Positions 25,001 to 37,100 of a DNA stretch of 64,000 nt are shown here, in pieces. The DNA is from Balanoglossus misakiensis (Eukaryota > Animalia > Hemichordata). The stretch is taken from positions 1,107,935 to 1,171,934 of the forward strand of contig CM082588.2 of the NCBI GenBank assembly GCA_040954595.2, written 5' to 3'. Below the pieces are notes generated by a model. It saw only the letters and a program-made list of their open reading frames with translations. It made no database searches and was not told the DNA's origin. How positions within the stretch are numbered: the first letter of the stretch is position 1; the number at the start of each line of letters is the position of its first letter. The translations under genes and the position numbers were made by a program.

Positions 25001-27884
25001 ATTGTTTAAGAAAGTTCAGTGAACTTTTGTGCTTTGCACCACTCACCTATGGCAGTTATGGCTGTTATGATGGCGACCATTAGGATAACGGTGAAATAGA
25101 GATTCCAGTCAAAAGTATATTTTATAAATACGACTAGGCTATAGATAGTGACCTGAAATAAAGTCGAGAGAGAAATATGTTATTTATCATGTTTATAGAC
25201 TTTCTGATTCATGCCAATTTCTGGCCAATGTTTGGCCGACGCAAGATAGAACGTGTCTGGTTTCTCAAATTTTGGCATTACCTCCACACGTACATAAGCG
25301 CAACTAAAGCTTTTATGCGATCACTAGAAAACAAACTCTGCAAGTTAAAGTGTCAAAAGCCGCCAACTGCGACTCGCGTACTTACTGCAATTCTTGTAAA
25401 CACGTACAACACTATGGAGAACATTGAGACGAATACAGCGAGTCGTTGTCCACCATAGCGAAGAGAGAGAAACTCGGGCAGCGTACGAGCCTAGAAGCAA
25501 AATATTACAGGCCCATGATCTCCAAGTTTAGGCGTTATTTTAACCATTTAATTTACACTACATGTATTTTGCATTTAAACGACGTTCATGATTTCTCTCA
25601 ACAATCAAGAAAATCGATTTCAAATCCACATATTCACATCAACAAAAGCACGTTGCATAATTTCACAGACAGTAATGAAGCCACCTGTTCCGCGTGTGCA
25701 CCTGTTGAAGAAAGAGTCCGCTATACCTACTGCATTTGTCAAAGAGGGATGACCATGATCGAAGGCTGAAACTTGATGTACTTTGTATACAGTTTACAGC
25801 AATCACGTGCGTTTAAGGTGTCCTCTTTAGAAATTGCACCAGCCGAAATAGAATCGCTGTCACTTTTACAATGCGGACATGAAATCACTTTCACTAAGAT
25901 GACGTCATACTTTCGCCAGTGGGTGTCACTAATCTGGGTATTTCCTTGTGAATTTTGGGAATAGATGACGCCATGCATACTTACTCCTGAAGCGATGTAT
26001 ACTGGCGAGAAGAACCAGCCCAGCATCAACAATGCGAAGACGCTCTGCAATCGAGAAAGAGAGGGGGGGGGGAGAGAGAGAGATCACGCAGTTACAAAAC
26101 AAGCTTACAAACTGAAATAAAAGCCTTGGCCATCATTTCATGTACAGCTTTCACTTAGGCCTTTAATTGGATATTCATATAGTCCGCACTGAGTAATGAT
26201 GAAGATGTGAACGTGTTTATCGTTTGCTCCAAACTGCACGCGCACACAATAATTTGTGCACTATCTCCTGGGTGGTACGCAATGCATTGTGCGACATATA
26301 AAAGTGCAGCCTGAAATACAGGCGACGTTGGGGGGAGGGGGGCTTACCATTAGACTGTACGCAGAAACTGCCAACCCCCATGCTGACGAGATGGACGCAA
26401 GCCCCACTATCTGACTGCTGCTGATATTGGCCGCAAACAACGCCAGTCCCAGCTGCAAATGGAAACAGGGAGTCGGGAAAAATTAGATGATTTATTTGTT
26501 TGCGTACAATAAATGTAATGGGTTTCGACATAAAACAGGCGGATGAAAAAGTAGTTTCGAGAAATGTAATAAGAATTCACATGTGGCGTCTATGATTGTC
26601 AGCGCCCACACGGAACTACCCTGGTTATATTTTGTTTCTAATTTTGAAACTGGTGAGTTCTGAGCTGAAAATACTGACCAATGAATATTTGCGTGGATAG
26701 TTATAAATACACCGCCCCTCGTTGTCATTCTTGTCAGAATATGAATAAAAATACCCATGTGAGTATATTACATGTAAAAGCGCGTGACTTACTGGTAGAA
26801 AGTGGGCGGTTCTGCCACCAAGAAAATAACCCGCTGTGGTCGACCTGTTTGACCGCAAAATCCCCTGAAAGACCAAAACAAAGTCAGTGGGGCGTTTAAT
26901 TGGATGTGGCTAGTCTATTGTTGTGCATCGTATATTCAGTGGTGTGTCCCGTAGCTTTAATCGTGACCCCGCGACTCATGATTCTGATGGAGGGAATGTG
27001 AGTAGGCCTACAAGTTGATGATGTCAATTCTCTGTGCAGTGTTCCATCGTCTGCTGCAAAATGTGTTCAATAATCATTACACATACTTCAATATTAGTCT
27101 TTTAATTCAGGCGAATGACGAGCAAACTCCAGTATTGATGAGGCTCTGTGAGTCTCTCGGACTTGCAATATACATTTTCCCCCCGTAAAATGGGAGCTTT
27201 GGGACAAATTGAGCACCAATCTCAAATAAATGAACCACTTCCACCGCAAGGGTATGTTATTGGCCAACAGTGTACAGCGATAGGGATATAAATCTGTGCC
27301 TTGAAGCGCATATACCTCTGTTTGGATATGCAACCAACATGTTTGACATCAAGCAAAGGTTGCATAATATTCGATTCAAGGAATCGTCACCCTTTCCACG
27401 TGTATGGTTAGGCCTAAAAGTCTATATGGAGTAATCAGATGTATTTGGCGTCGTTTTTACTTTTCGTTACAAATGTCACGATGACTTAAGAACGGTGTTC
27501 TAGACCAACAGAATTACCTTCAAAAGCACTTATTCAAAGGGAAAGGTGTACTTTGCTTTGACAAGAACCGCCATTTAAGTTTCATACAAAGACCTAGTTT
27601 TAACTCTAAGACGCGTTTATCACAACTCAGGGTCGCGGTTGACGATGACAAGATAGCGAATGAATACCCCTGTTGTAGCTAATAACTATTCTGCCCACTT
27701 TTTGTTCCAGCAACACACCAGGACACACCTATATACTATAGCAATGTTTTGATCACCAGACCATCTTCTTTTTTAAAACAAGTACGTATGTGTGTGTACT
27801 TACCACAGCACCAATTCCCAGCACCACGAGGAAGTAACCCGTCACAACAAAGTTATCGGGGTTAGTGAAGTCTGTTTTCGCCAT
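22018..27884 (-). CDS. Sodium:solute symporter, SLC5A SGLT/SMIT-like subfamily (642 aa, 15 exons), divergent substrate pocket
   Basis: Exons 27884-27804, 26864-26793, 26452-26348, 26044-25985, 25490-25386, 25152-25047, 24625-24545, 24419-24199, 24069-23934, 23793-23686, 23582-23429, 23322-23154, 22808-22590, 22437-22323, 22214-22018. All are GT-AG with compatible phases and total 1929 nt. Motifs: GYFLGGR, LFAANI, GWFFSPVYIASG, PEFL..RYGG, WYWCSEQ..TQR, PGMTSRVLY, ACADP..C...C.....C, MSSL, IQSI.SY, RVNEEGAYWGL, W..LLNGNALLL. Exact SLC5A ortholog cannot be assigned by eye. Confidence 0.95.
24460..24500. repeat. (ATC)n/(ACC)n microsatellite in SLC5A intron
   Basis: ATCATCATCATCGTCATTATCATCATCATCACCACCACC. 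Confidence 0.8.
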
Positions 27885-28635
27885 ATTGCACGAGGTATAC
27901 CGAACACCGGGAATGAACGACTGGAGCCTCTGTGAGTCGCGATATAATAATGTCAGTCATAGACGACGCATTGTAAAAGGTGTACCACCGGTGTAGTTTT
28001 AATTACGACGGCCGGAGTACAGTGCTAGCTGTCACATTCGACATACGAAATTCGTTGAGAGTACGTATCTACCCAGGATCTCAAACTCGTACAGCTATTT
28101 CCGGATTACGGATCGATATGTTCAACGTTAACTCCGGTGAAAGATTAAACACATCTGGGACTGTTTGCATGAAACTCGAACTTTAAACTCATATCTCGGT
28201 GAACAATGAGGGCGCTGTGTGGGAATCACCTTGCGGTCGCGAAAACTGTCGTCTTTCTTTGTATTTTTCATTGTTTGTTCCTTTTCATTGCCGGCTGACG
28301 AAATAGAACTCCCAACTATTACACATGGAATGTGTTTGCGTCCAGGGAAGTCCCGTGACCGAAGTCACGTCAGTTTTTTTAACAACAAGGCTTTTTTTAT
28401 CGACAATGAACCATGGCTCTGAAAGTGAAACTTCATGATCATGGATATGGTGTGCATGATGCGCGTTTAAAAATCCTTGAACTTTCAGCATGATTAATAA
28501 AGGGTTATTAATTAGACTGACCGCTAAAACCAGCATTTTAAAGCATCCAGGGAAGCAGGAATCGAGTGACTGCGACAGGCACCCAAAATATTAAGTGTCT
28601 CAGCATTGACAAAAACAAACTACCCAGATGGGTTT

Positions 28636-28654
28636 TTTTAATATTTCTTTTATT
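28636..28654 (-). terminator. Candidate distal polyadenylation signal of sestrin (implies about 2.5-kb 3' UTR)
   Basis: Minus strand reads AATAAAAGAAATATTAAA, followed by GU-rich GTAGTTTGTTTTTGT. More proximal AATAAA hexamers also exist (e.g. about 31110, 30879, 30571). Confidence 0.4.
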
Positions 28655-31161
28655 GTTTGATCTCCACATCCCATGCCACTATCATACAATAAGCCATGCC
28701 TAGAATTGGGCAGTTTTAGAGTGACTGACTGAATGCCTGTAAAATTGAACTCTGTTTCACTAAAAAAACACATTTGGGGTTTGAATGTTGAAAAGAAAAA
28801 TGGCTACAAAACAGAAATTGTAATCGTAAGTAGTTACTCCTTTATGGCTGATAGCATTATCGAGAAAAAAAAGTTCTCATGCGATATTTAAACATCTATG
28901 CACTAATGCACAACACGACCATAGTTGTCATCTTTTGACTTTATCTTGGTTATTTTTTCAAGGTGATATCTACTTTGGTCTGGTGACTAAAATAGTCAAC
29001 TGTAGCACAATATTTGTTCTCCATTCTCATCCAAGTAACCTGCAACTACTGTTTCTTAGAAGACAATATCTGGTACACACCAGAAATTACATCATCACAG
29101 TTTCAGGTAAGGTCAGCAATGAGAACAGATCTTCTGAGACTGACTATTTTTTTCAGCTTTCGTAACTGATATCTGATACACATAACCAAAACTAAAGTCA
29201 AAAGACAACACCTGTGGTTCTTAAAGCAACACTTTGGAGCCAAAAAACAAAACTTGCAGTGGCCATGGTATTGAATGCCCAATTGTATATATATACATAG
29301 CACCAATGCATACAAAATAATGTCCTTCATTAATAATAAACAGCTCTAACACACGAACTGAAGTTCACTCAGTCAAAATATCTCCCCCATTTACACATGA
29401 ATTTGGTAACTCGGTTGAAGACTTTGAAAATCTCAAATGACATGTATATTTATCCACAAATGAAATCCTTTAATAAAAGAAAACAAAAGCACACTATTGT
29501 GAAAACAGACTGCTCAAATTTTTACTTCTTTGGACTTGATAAACTGGCCTTGTTACCAAGGCAACCCTAAAATCTAGGCACATACTGTTTCAGTGGTTTG
29601 GTGAACCACAGTCGCTATAGCGATGCAAAATGACAATACCGGTGTGGGAGGAGGGGTTTTGTTCATATGAGGCTGATATTGTTAGAGTGAATAAATGGTT
29701 TGCGACGACTCCTTGTGTGGGTTCAGCAAAAATGCCTGGGTCATCAAAGTTTCAAAGCGATGCCCAAATCTGTCTATATAGCATTGTCAAGCACACTGCA
29801 ACACGTAACTGACTCTTCAAGTTGGGTTTACCGACAACGTGTTCAAAACTGGAGCACACAGCTTGGTACCAAATTCAAGTTCATACATTTTAAATTGTGT
29901 TTTATATAATTTAGGCATTTCATCTCGCCCATGTATGGAGTTATCTTTCTGTTTCTTAAAGAGACAAAATCACTTTTGACATCGGATATTTTCCAATTGT
30001 TTAGATCCACTCACACCCTGTACATGTACATGGATATAATACGACTGCCATATCGTTTTTTGGTATTGACCAAAAATTATATAATGGAAGTATTCATATT
30101 CATTGTCCATGTATGGGTCATTGGGCATATGTCAATGAGTAGAACATAAATAGTCAATCCCAAGAAAATATTGTCAAAAGTGTGTTATTTTGTCACTTTA
30201 AAAAGATGAAAATAAACAAAAACATAAGGCAGGCAATGGCATATAGTGGGAGCTTGAATAAGAACAAAATTGCCTTGTAGCAGTTTGGGTGTAAAAAATA
30301 GTCACGGCACATGACCCAGTTCCTGACTGACTAACAACTATAAGGAGCCTTCCTGTGCCTAAATTACATTATGTATACTGCCACTATACTGATATCTATC
30401 TCTATTATGTATTAATCTATCAGTTCCTTGTACAAGGAATTTAAATTGGACTGTACACTCAGAGATGGAGAGATAGTCCTTAGGACTGTTTTTGATGGCA
30501 TTTCAGCAAGGTAAATAGGAATTTCTCAAGAACTATATTTGCTCTCTACAGCTGCATTGGATGCAAAGCTTTATTATAAACTGAAACAAAAACCATAATT
30601 ATGTCATTTATAGGTAAACTTCATTTGGGCATTACTCACTCCTAATAGTGTCATTGTTTGTGTTGTTTTCCTTTAGCAAAACAACAATAATAATAATAAC
30701 TTTAATATAACAATAAAATAAACACTGAGGCATAAAACTCATATATAATACAAACAGGTATTATTTTTTTATATTTTGTTCGTCTTTTTTTTCTTCTGTC
30801 GTCTGTCTCTGTTCGATCTTTGGAAGCACACATAAAAATACCTATATGTGGCCACAATTATTGCAATAAACAAGGGCTTTATTACGTATTGGTCTATGGT
30901 CAGCTTGTCAAGCTCACAGGTAGGCACACACGTCCATGGCCATGCACGTTTGGCCACTTCAATTATTTTTTTGCTTCTGTGGATTGTTTGAAGTTGAATT
31001 CTGCGTTCTCTGTCACCTTCATCAGCACAGCTAGCGGATGCCTTTTGTGAAAAGTCCATGCAGAAGGCGTTGTTTGTTGAGATCTCGGGTGGTCGTTGCT
31101 TGCGCGGTTTTTATTCGTTGTGTCTGAGCCGATCGTCGAATCTGGCTAGGCCGCCCTCACC

Positions 31162-34100
31162 TCATGTCATGTACTTCATGACTGCCCTCAACGCATAGAG
31201 AAGCTCAGCTTGCATCCTGGCTTCGAGCACCATCAGGTTGACATGCACCTATGTGAGTGAGAAGTGAGAAAAGGGGTTAAAGTCATGAGAGAACAGTGAA
31301 GAGGAATATGATAGGCGAGTTAATCAGAGCGCCCCCTATCAGTCAGTCTTTGATTCTTTTGTTTTTATGTGCCCCACTACAACTTAATATTTTAACGTCC
31401 TCACCTTTTCTGAGTATTTGAAACCCCTCCAAAAGCCATCGAAGTCTTTCTTGGTACACCGTTCTGGATAACAGGCCACTGTTTTAATGTAGGCCTTCAA
31501 GCTCCTTTCCAGGAGATGATTCACTTCGCCGTAGTCGTAGTCGTCGTGACGGATACCAAACATACAGTGGATGTAGTTCCAGATCGCTCGCCTAAGACTC
31601 GATGTATCCACATTCACCTGCATTCCCATTCTGTGAAACACAAATCAACATGTCTTGTTTTAAAACACATGACGTCATTGTTGAAACGTTGAAAATCTCA
31701 TTATGATGACATCAATCATTAAATGGAACATACAAAGACATACTTTGAATTTCAAATGAGAACAAAGCATTGATGTGAAGTCAAAACTCATTTCATAGCT
31801 ACCACCCTTCATGGTAATACGTTTTTGTTTTTCGAGCCAAAACACTGCAAAAATTAACCCTTTTACCCCCAGTTCCCTCTAAAGATGTCCAACTTTACCA
31901 TAGAAAACAATAGATTTGGACTGAACCATGGTGGTGAAAGGGTTAGGTTGGATAGTGCCATCAACTTACGTATTATAGGTCAGATCATAGGATAACCGAA
32001 ACTTGTCATCAAGGAGGGAACCAATATCAGAGTAGAGCCTGTTCATTAACGAGAAACCATGGTCTTCCCACGAATAGTCCTGCAAAAGATTGAAAAATTT
32101 ACATACAGCGTTACATTAATTTATCATTAACATATTACTTGTCCATTTCCTCTGCATTGTCCATTCATGTATTGATTTCAATTACCGACTAATGGATGAA
32201 ATTTCAGCTGATTATAATCATGGTCCAGTAACTTGAGTCTAAGATGTTTGTGAGATGAGTTGTCAAGAATTAAACACTCATGTTTGTGACAAATTGCATC
32301 GAGTCTGGTATGCAGTATTTGTGTGTTTGAATGTACAAGTGCATGTGTATGTTGCTTGTATTTGTGTCTGTCTGTCTGTCTGTCTTTCTATCTCTCTGTC
32401 TGCCTGCCTGTCTGTCTGTCTTTCTATATATCTCTCTCTGTCTGTCTGCTTGTCTGTGTGTGTCAGTCATTGGTGATATTTTGACTGGTGCATATCAAAG
32501 GGTGTGTGTGTGTGTGCCCCCTCCCTCTCTCTTCCTACAGAATACTAAAACTGAGAGTGCGTTACATAAACCCTGTTTACAAGAAGACAACCTTCAACTC
32601 CCATTCAGCATTGTGTTTCAATTTACACAACACTCCACACACCGCAAAATAATGAATGTTTGGAGAACCATTCAATAGGATTTAATTGTTCCACACCTGA
32701 GTCGGGAAAGTGTCTACGCTGAAGCAGTCATATTTGTGTTTACAGCAACTACTTTAAATATTTAAAAACCTTCCTCTCTTTTTTAACAGTGTATAATGGA
32801 TCACTCAAGTCCAAGTCTGTTTGACAGCGTGCCTCAACATATCACTCTCAGTTACCAAAGCCACATATCTCTTTTTATTTTGAACAAAGATAGAAGCATG
32901 ATAATCACATGATCAAAGCAAGCCAAGCTTCATTATAATATTTCAGTATCTGGGTATTTTCCATGTTGTTGCTGTCAATAAGCTATGGCAGGTTTGACCA
33001 TTCCATTGCAAGACACGGGGGTGGTTGCATACAGGCTGATGCTTACCTGTACTCTAAATGTGGGAATCGGCGACGTCAAACCCCTTTTCGCAAAATCTTG
33101 ATAACTGAAGTCTGCGTCTTCGATGTATTTGGAAAGATCAGCTTTGAGGTGATTGACATAGTCGGCAGACTCGGGCAATACTAGAAAAATAAAACATGAA
33201 AAAAAATCCACAAATCATTGAAAATACATTAAGAGAGATCAGTAAAAAAATCTACAAGCAATAATTTTAATTCATAAAAGCGTGGGTGTGAACAAACAAC
33301 AAAATGAAAGAAAAGGAAGCAGCTCTCAAGAGACATGACTCTTTGTGCACTTTGAAGTTTCTCAAGATATTCCCAAGACACCTTGGGCAATCAATCATGT
33401 CAAGTGTCTTTCCTGTTTTTACTGTCTATTCTTCAAAATCATCTATCTTACAAGGAATAGGTATACTATTGAAGACCTAAGAGATTCTTTTAGGATTCCT
33501 ATGAGAAAGGTGCCTAAGTCCCATAAGACTATCTTATAGGACTTCTATAGAACAATATCTTATAGGACTCCTATAGGATAATATCTTATAGGAGTCCTAT
33601 AGGATAATATCTTATAGGAGTCCTATAGGATAATACCTTATAGGAGTCCTATAGGATAATATCTTATAGGAGTCCTATAGGATATTTTTGTCTCCTGAAT
33701 TCAAACCCCTTAGCACAGACAAAAGAAAAATATCTACTCACATTCCACACTCTGTTTCTCCACCCTCTCGAACCTCTCCACCATTTCTTCCTGTGTCGGT
33801 TCCTCTGCCTCAGACTCTTCCAGTTTCTTCATTCTCTGCATCAGTTCTTCCACACCACCTTCCGGACTTTCAAGATCCTGCCAAATAACAAAGCAAAACA
33901 AAGGTGTTTTTTAAAAAGAGGCAAATGTAAAAGTGAGATGATTTTTATCACTCACTAGTACAGTAGCAGCAATGGTAGCAGAACTATGGTAGCAAATTTC
34001 ACCCTTTCATTTCCATGGTTTGGTCCAACTATTGTTCTAAATGGCAAAATTGGACCTTTCTACATGGAAATAGGGTGAAAGGCTTATGGTAAAGACGACT

Positions 34101-37100
34101 GAGAGAGCACTGGACCTTTGATGTCAGTAATAATGCATTGAAATTGTGAATAAGATTGGCAAACAATTTCCTGCCATAATCCTCACTCATTGCGACCACT
34201 CTCATGTATCGAGGAATTATTTCCCTGATTGCCCGGAAATATCTACAACAGTAATGCACCAGCAATTTCTAAGAAACCCTACACTTCTTCATTTCATGAT
34301 AATACAACAACCTGCTGTGATTTCCCTATTTGTGGCATACAGATTCCCAACCCCCACCAGGGTCATGGCCTAAGAATGACCGAGATCTAATAGCCATAAT
34401 GCGTACAAGGAACGCAGAAATGAAAGCAGCCAGAACTGCTCTGAGTTCATTCACTTCATAACAGTTCCCCTGAACTCACAGGAAAAAAAATCAATCACCA
34501 TGGAAATACTAGAATCTATGTTGCAAGTCACCACACGGAAATATAAAATGGATATTTAAATATTTTATGAGAAATTCTGGGGAGAAATCCATCCAATTCT
34601 CATCAGTCACCCAAAGCTTGGGATTATAGAGATTTGTGTTCTCCTTTCCGAACATGACTTGATGCTACAGCGAACTGCATTTGTTCAGAATTGATGGCGG
34701 TCAGAGAGAACTGCACTATGCTAATAATTTAATGGCTTCCTTCATGACACTACACATTATTCATGTAGCCTACTTTTTATGAATGATTAACCCAGTTTAC
34801 GAAATCCTTAAGCTGGGGTCGTGTTGAACGTAACACAAGATATGCACCAAATACCGCAGGTCATTGGCATATTTCTGGTTCAATTTGATCGAGATCACAT
34901 ATACTCCAGAGAAACAAATACTTTGACTTCTGCAATTATAGACACAAATTCTTGTTTTGACAAGACAGTCGCAGTTGGCCGATTTTGCCTCTTGGCTACA
35001 TTCCAGTTCAGATGATGTTATTATTCTGTCCGTGAAGTGAGGATTAAATGCAGAATATAAAGTAATACCCTGAAATGATTCTGTTTCAAGATTTCTAATC
35101 TATTTCAAGAACAACAGACTCAGTTCATGGCTCTCTGTTTTGTGTTTGCAGAAAAGTATTTTCTAGTATAGTACAAAATTTCACTCTCTCAGAAAATTAA
35201 ATGCAGAGAAAAATAATTGAATGATGACTGTTAATCAAATTTACCAAATAAATATACAGAATTTTGATAACCCCACCATTTTTTATTACAAAATGACCGA
35301 AGGCTTAAATCAAAGAAGAGTTTAGGGTATTTCAGTCGTCATAAATATTCACAGCAGACGAGAGAGTTCAGATTCAGTTCACGCTGGTTTTTCTGCCTCC
35401 GCACAGCAAAATGAAGAGGAATAGTCCTTTCATGTATTCAATTAAATTCAGTATGTGCGTCACTGCATCACTCAATAACAAGTCTAGTAAACCAATTTAT
35501 CTCACGATGCGCAGGTTGTGAATGTGCGAGCGTTGCGAGATACTTTCTAATGGGGAATATGGTCTGCTTGGCTTTCCAAATCGCAGCCAATTAAAATCAC
35601 TTTGCGATACACAAGACGGCAATAGCACAACAGTGTATACAGACACCCGTTTCCATTGAATCTAATGTTTGGTTTCTAATTTGTAATGTGATGATAGGCC
35701 GCTTTTCTGGGGCTTCACTGCAACAAGATACCTTCAGTTGAGAAGCATTCACAATCACTAGGGTCCACACACTCAGAAACACTTCTCATTAGCTGTGGAC
35801 ATGTTGATGGGAACCCTGCCCGGGGCTTGTTCGACACTCCACAATGGCTGCAGATGTATCGTATCCAAACTTCTCCCTACGACACTTTTATTCGATACTT
35901 CTTTTCCCAAACATCCCACTGAATAGTTTCTAATTACACCCCCTTCATAAGAAAGTGGACAAGACCTCACTGTTGTAAACAATGGGACTGAACCACTCTA
36001 CTGGAGCAAGAGGGATGAAATACTTACAAGATGGACATGATTATCAGCAGAGTTCTGACAGTTTGTTTCCTTGGCATCGGCAGTTTCGGTGACAGAGGGC
36101 GGTCTTATCGTGTGTCCCCCTTCCGCGTCTATTTCCGGATTTATTCCGCATCCGTACACGAAGCTGCAAAGGCTGTGGAAGTGGGAGAGTAACGCTATGG
36201 CATGCACCAACTCCGATACCGACCAGTTGTCAGCTCCTCGAAGAAGTTTCTGAAATCAAAAGACAAAGCGAACATGTTACTCTTTTACTCTGGCAAGCTG
36301 TGTGTTTTGTATAACACTGTACATCTTGTTTGGATAAACTTTATAATTCAAGTCTCAAAGCACTGCAAATGCAGGCAATCTAATATTTATGACGCGAAGC
36401 CCTAATATTAGCCGACAAATCAGTAAAGTAAATGCCATCCTGTTTTATGGAGTCTCTATGAACACCATAAAATTTTACCAATCTCAATCCTCAATCCGTC
36501 TGATGGATAAGTCACTACAAACCATTCACAATATCAGTATTAGTATTCCACTAGCCGTTGCTATAGTACCAGATATATGTATTACAAGCAAGTTCTAAAA
36601 ATACAATGAATCTCGGCAGAAAATGTGCTGGGGATAATACAGTAATCTTCTTTGAGCTTTCATGAGGATGTGAAATCAAGACTAATATTTAATAGTATTG
36701 TTGAAATTTATTCTGCCATACCTGAATGTCGTCTTTGGTGACTAGCCACGGTCGATGAGCTAATTTTTTGTTGAGATTGTTCAAATGCTGGAGTTTCTGT
36801 GGAATGTGGTTGAAGCCTTTCAACCATTCAGGGTCTCCCCCTTGCAGCAAAAATTCAGTCTCTTGAAGTCGTATAATGTATAGACACTTGTGTCTAGCTG
36901 CCGCCTGCAAAGAAAAGAAAAGAAAGTAAGAAGTTGCTCTCAAGAAGATAACAAGGAGCAAGATTTGAATGGTACAATTTGACAATTCTCAGAAGCACAA
37001 CAAATTTTGTCTTCATTTTGCAGTTTAAATGGTACAGTAGTTTACCACAAATTGCCATATTGAACCAAGACACAAGCTGGATGACAAATCCAACCATGGC

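Noticed and set aside
32255-32678. ORFs rich in CLSV / DRQT repeats
   Set aside because: Translations of the TGTC/CT microsatellite.
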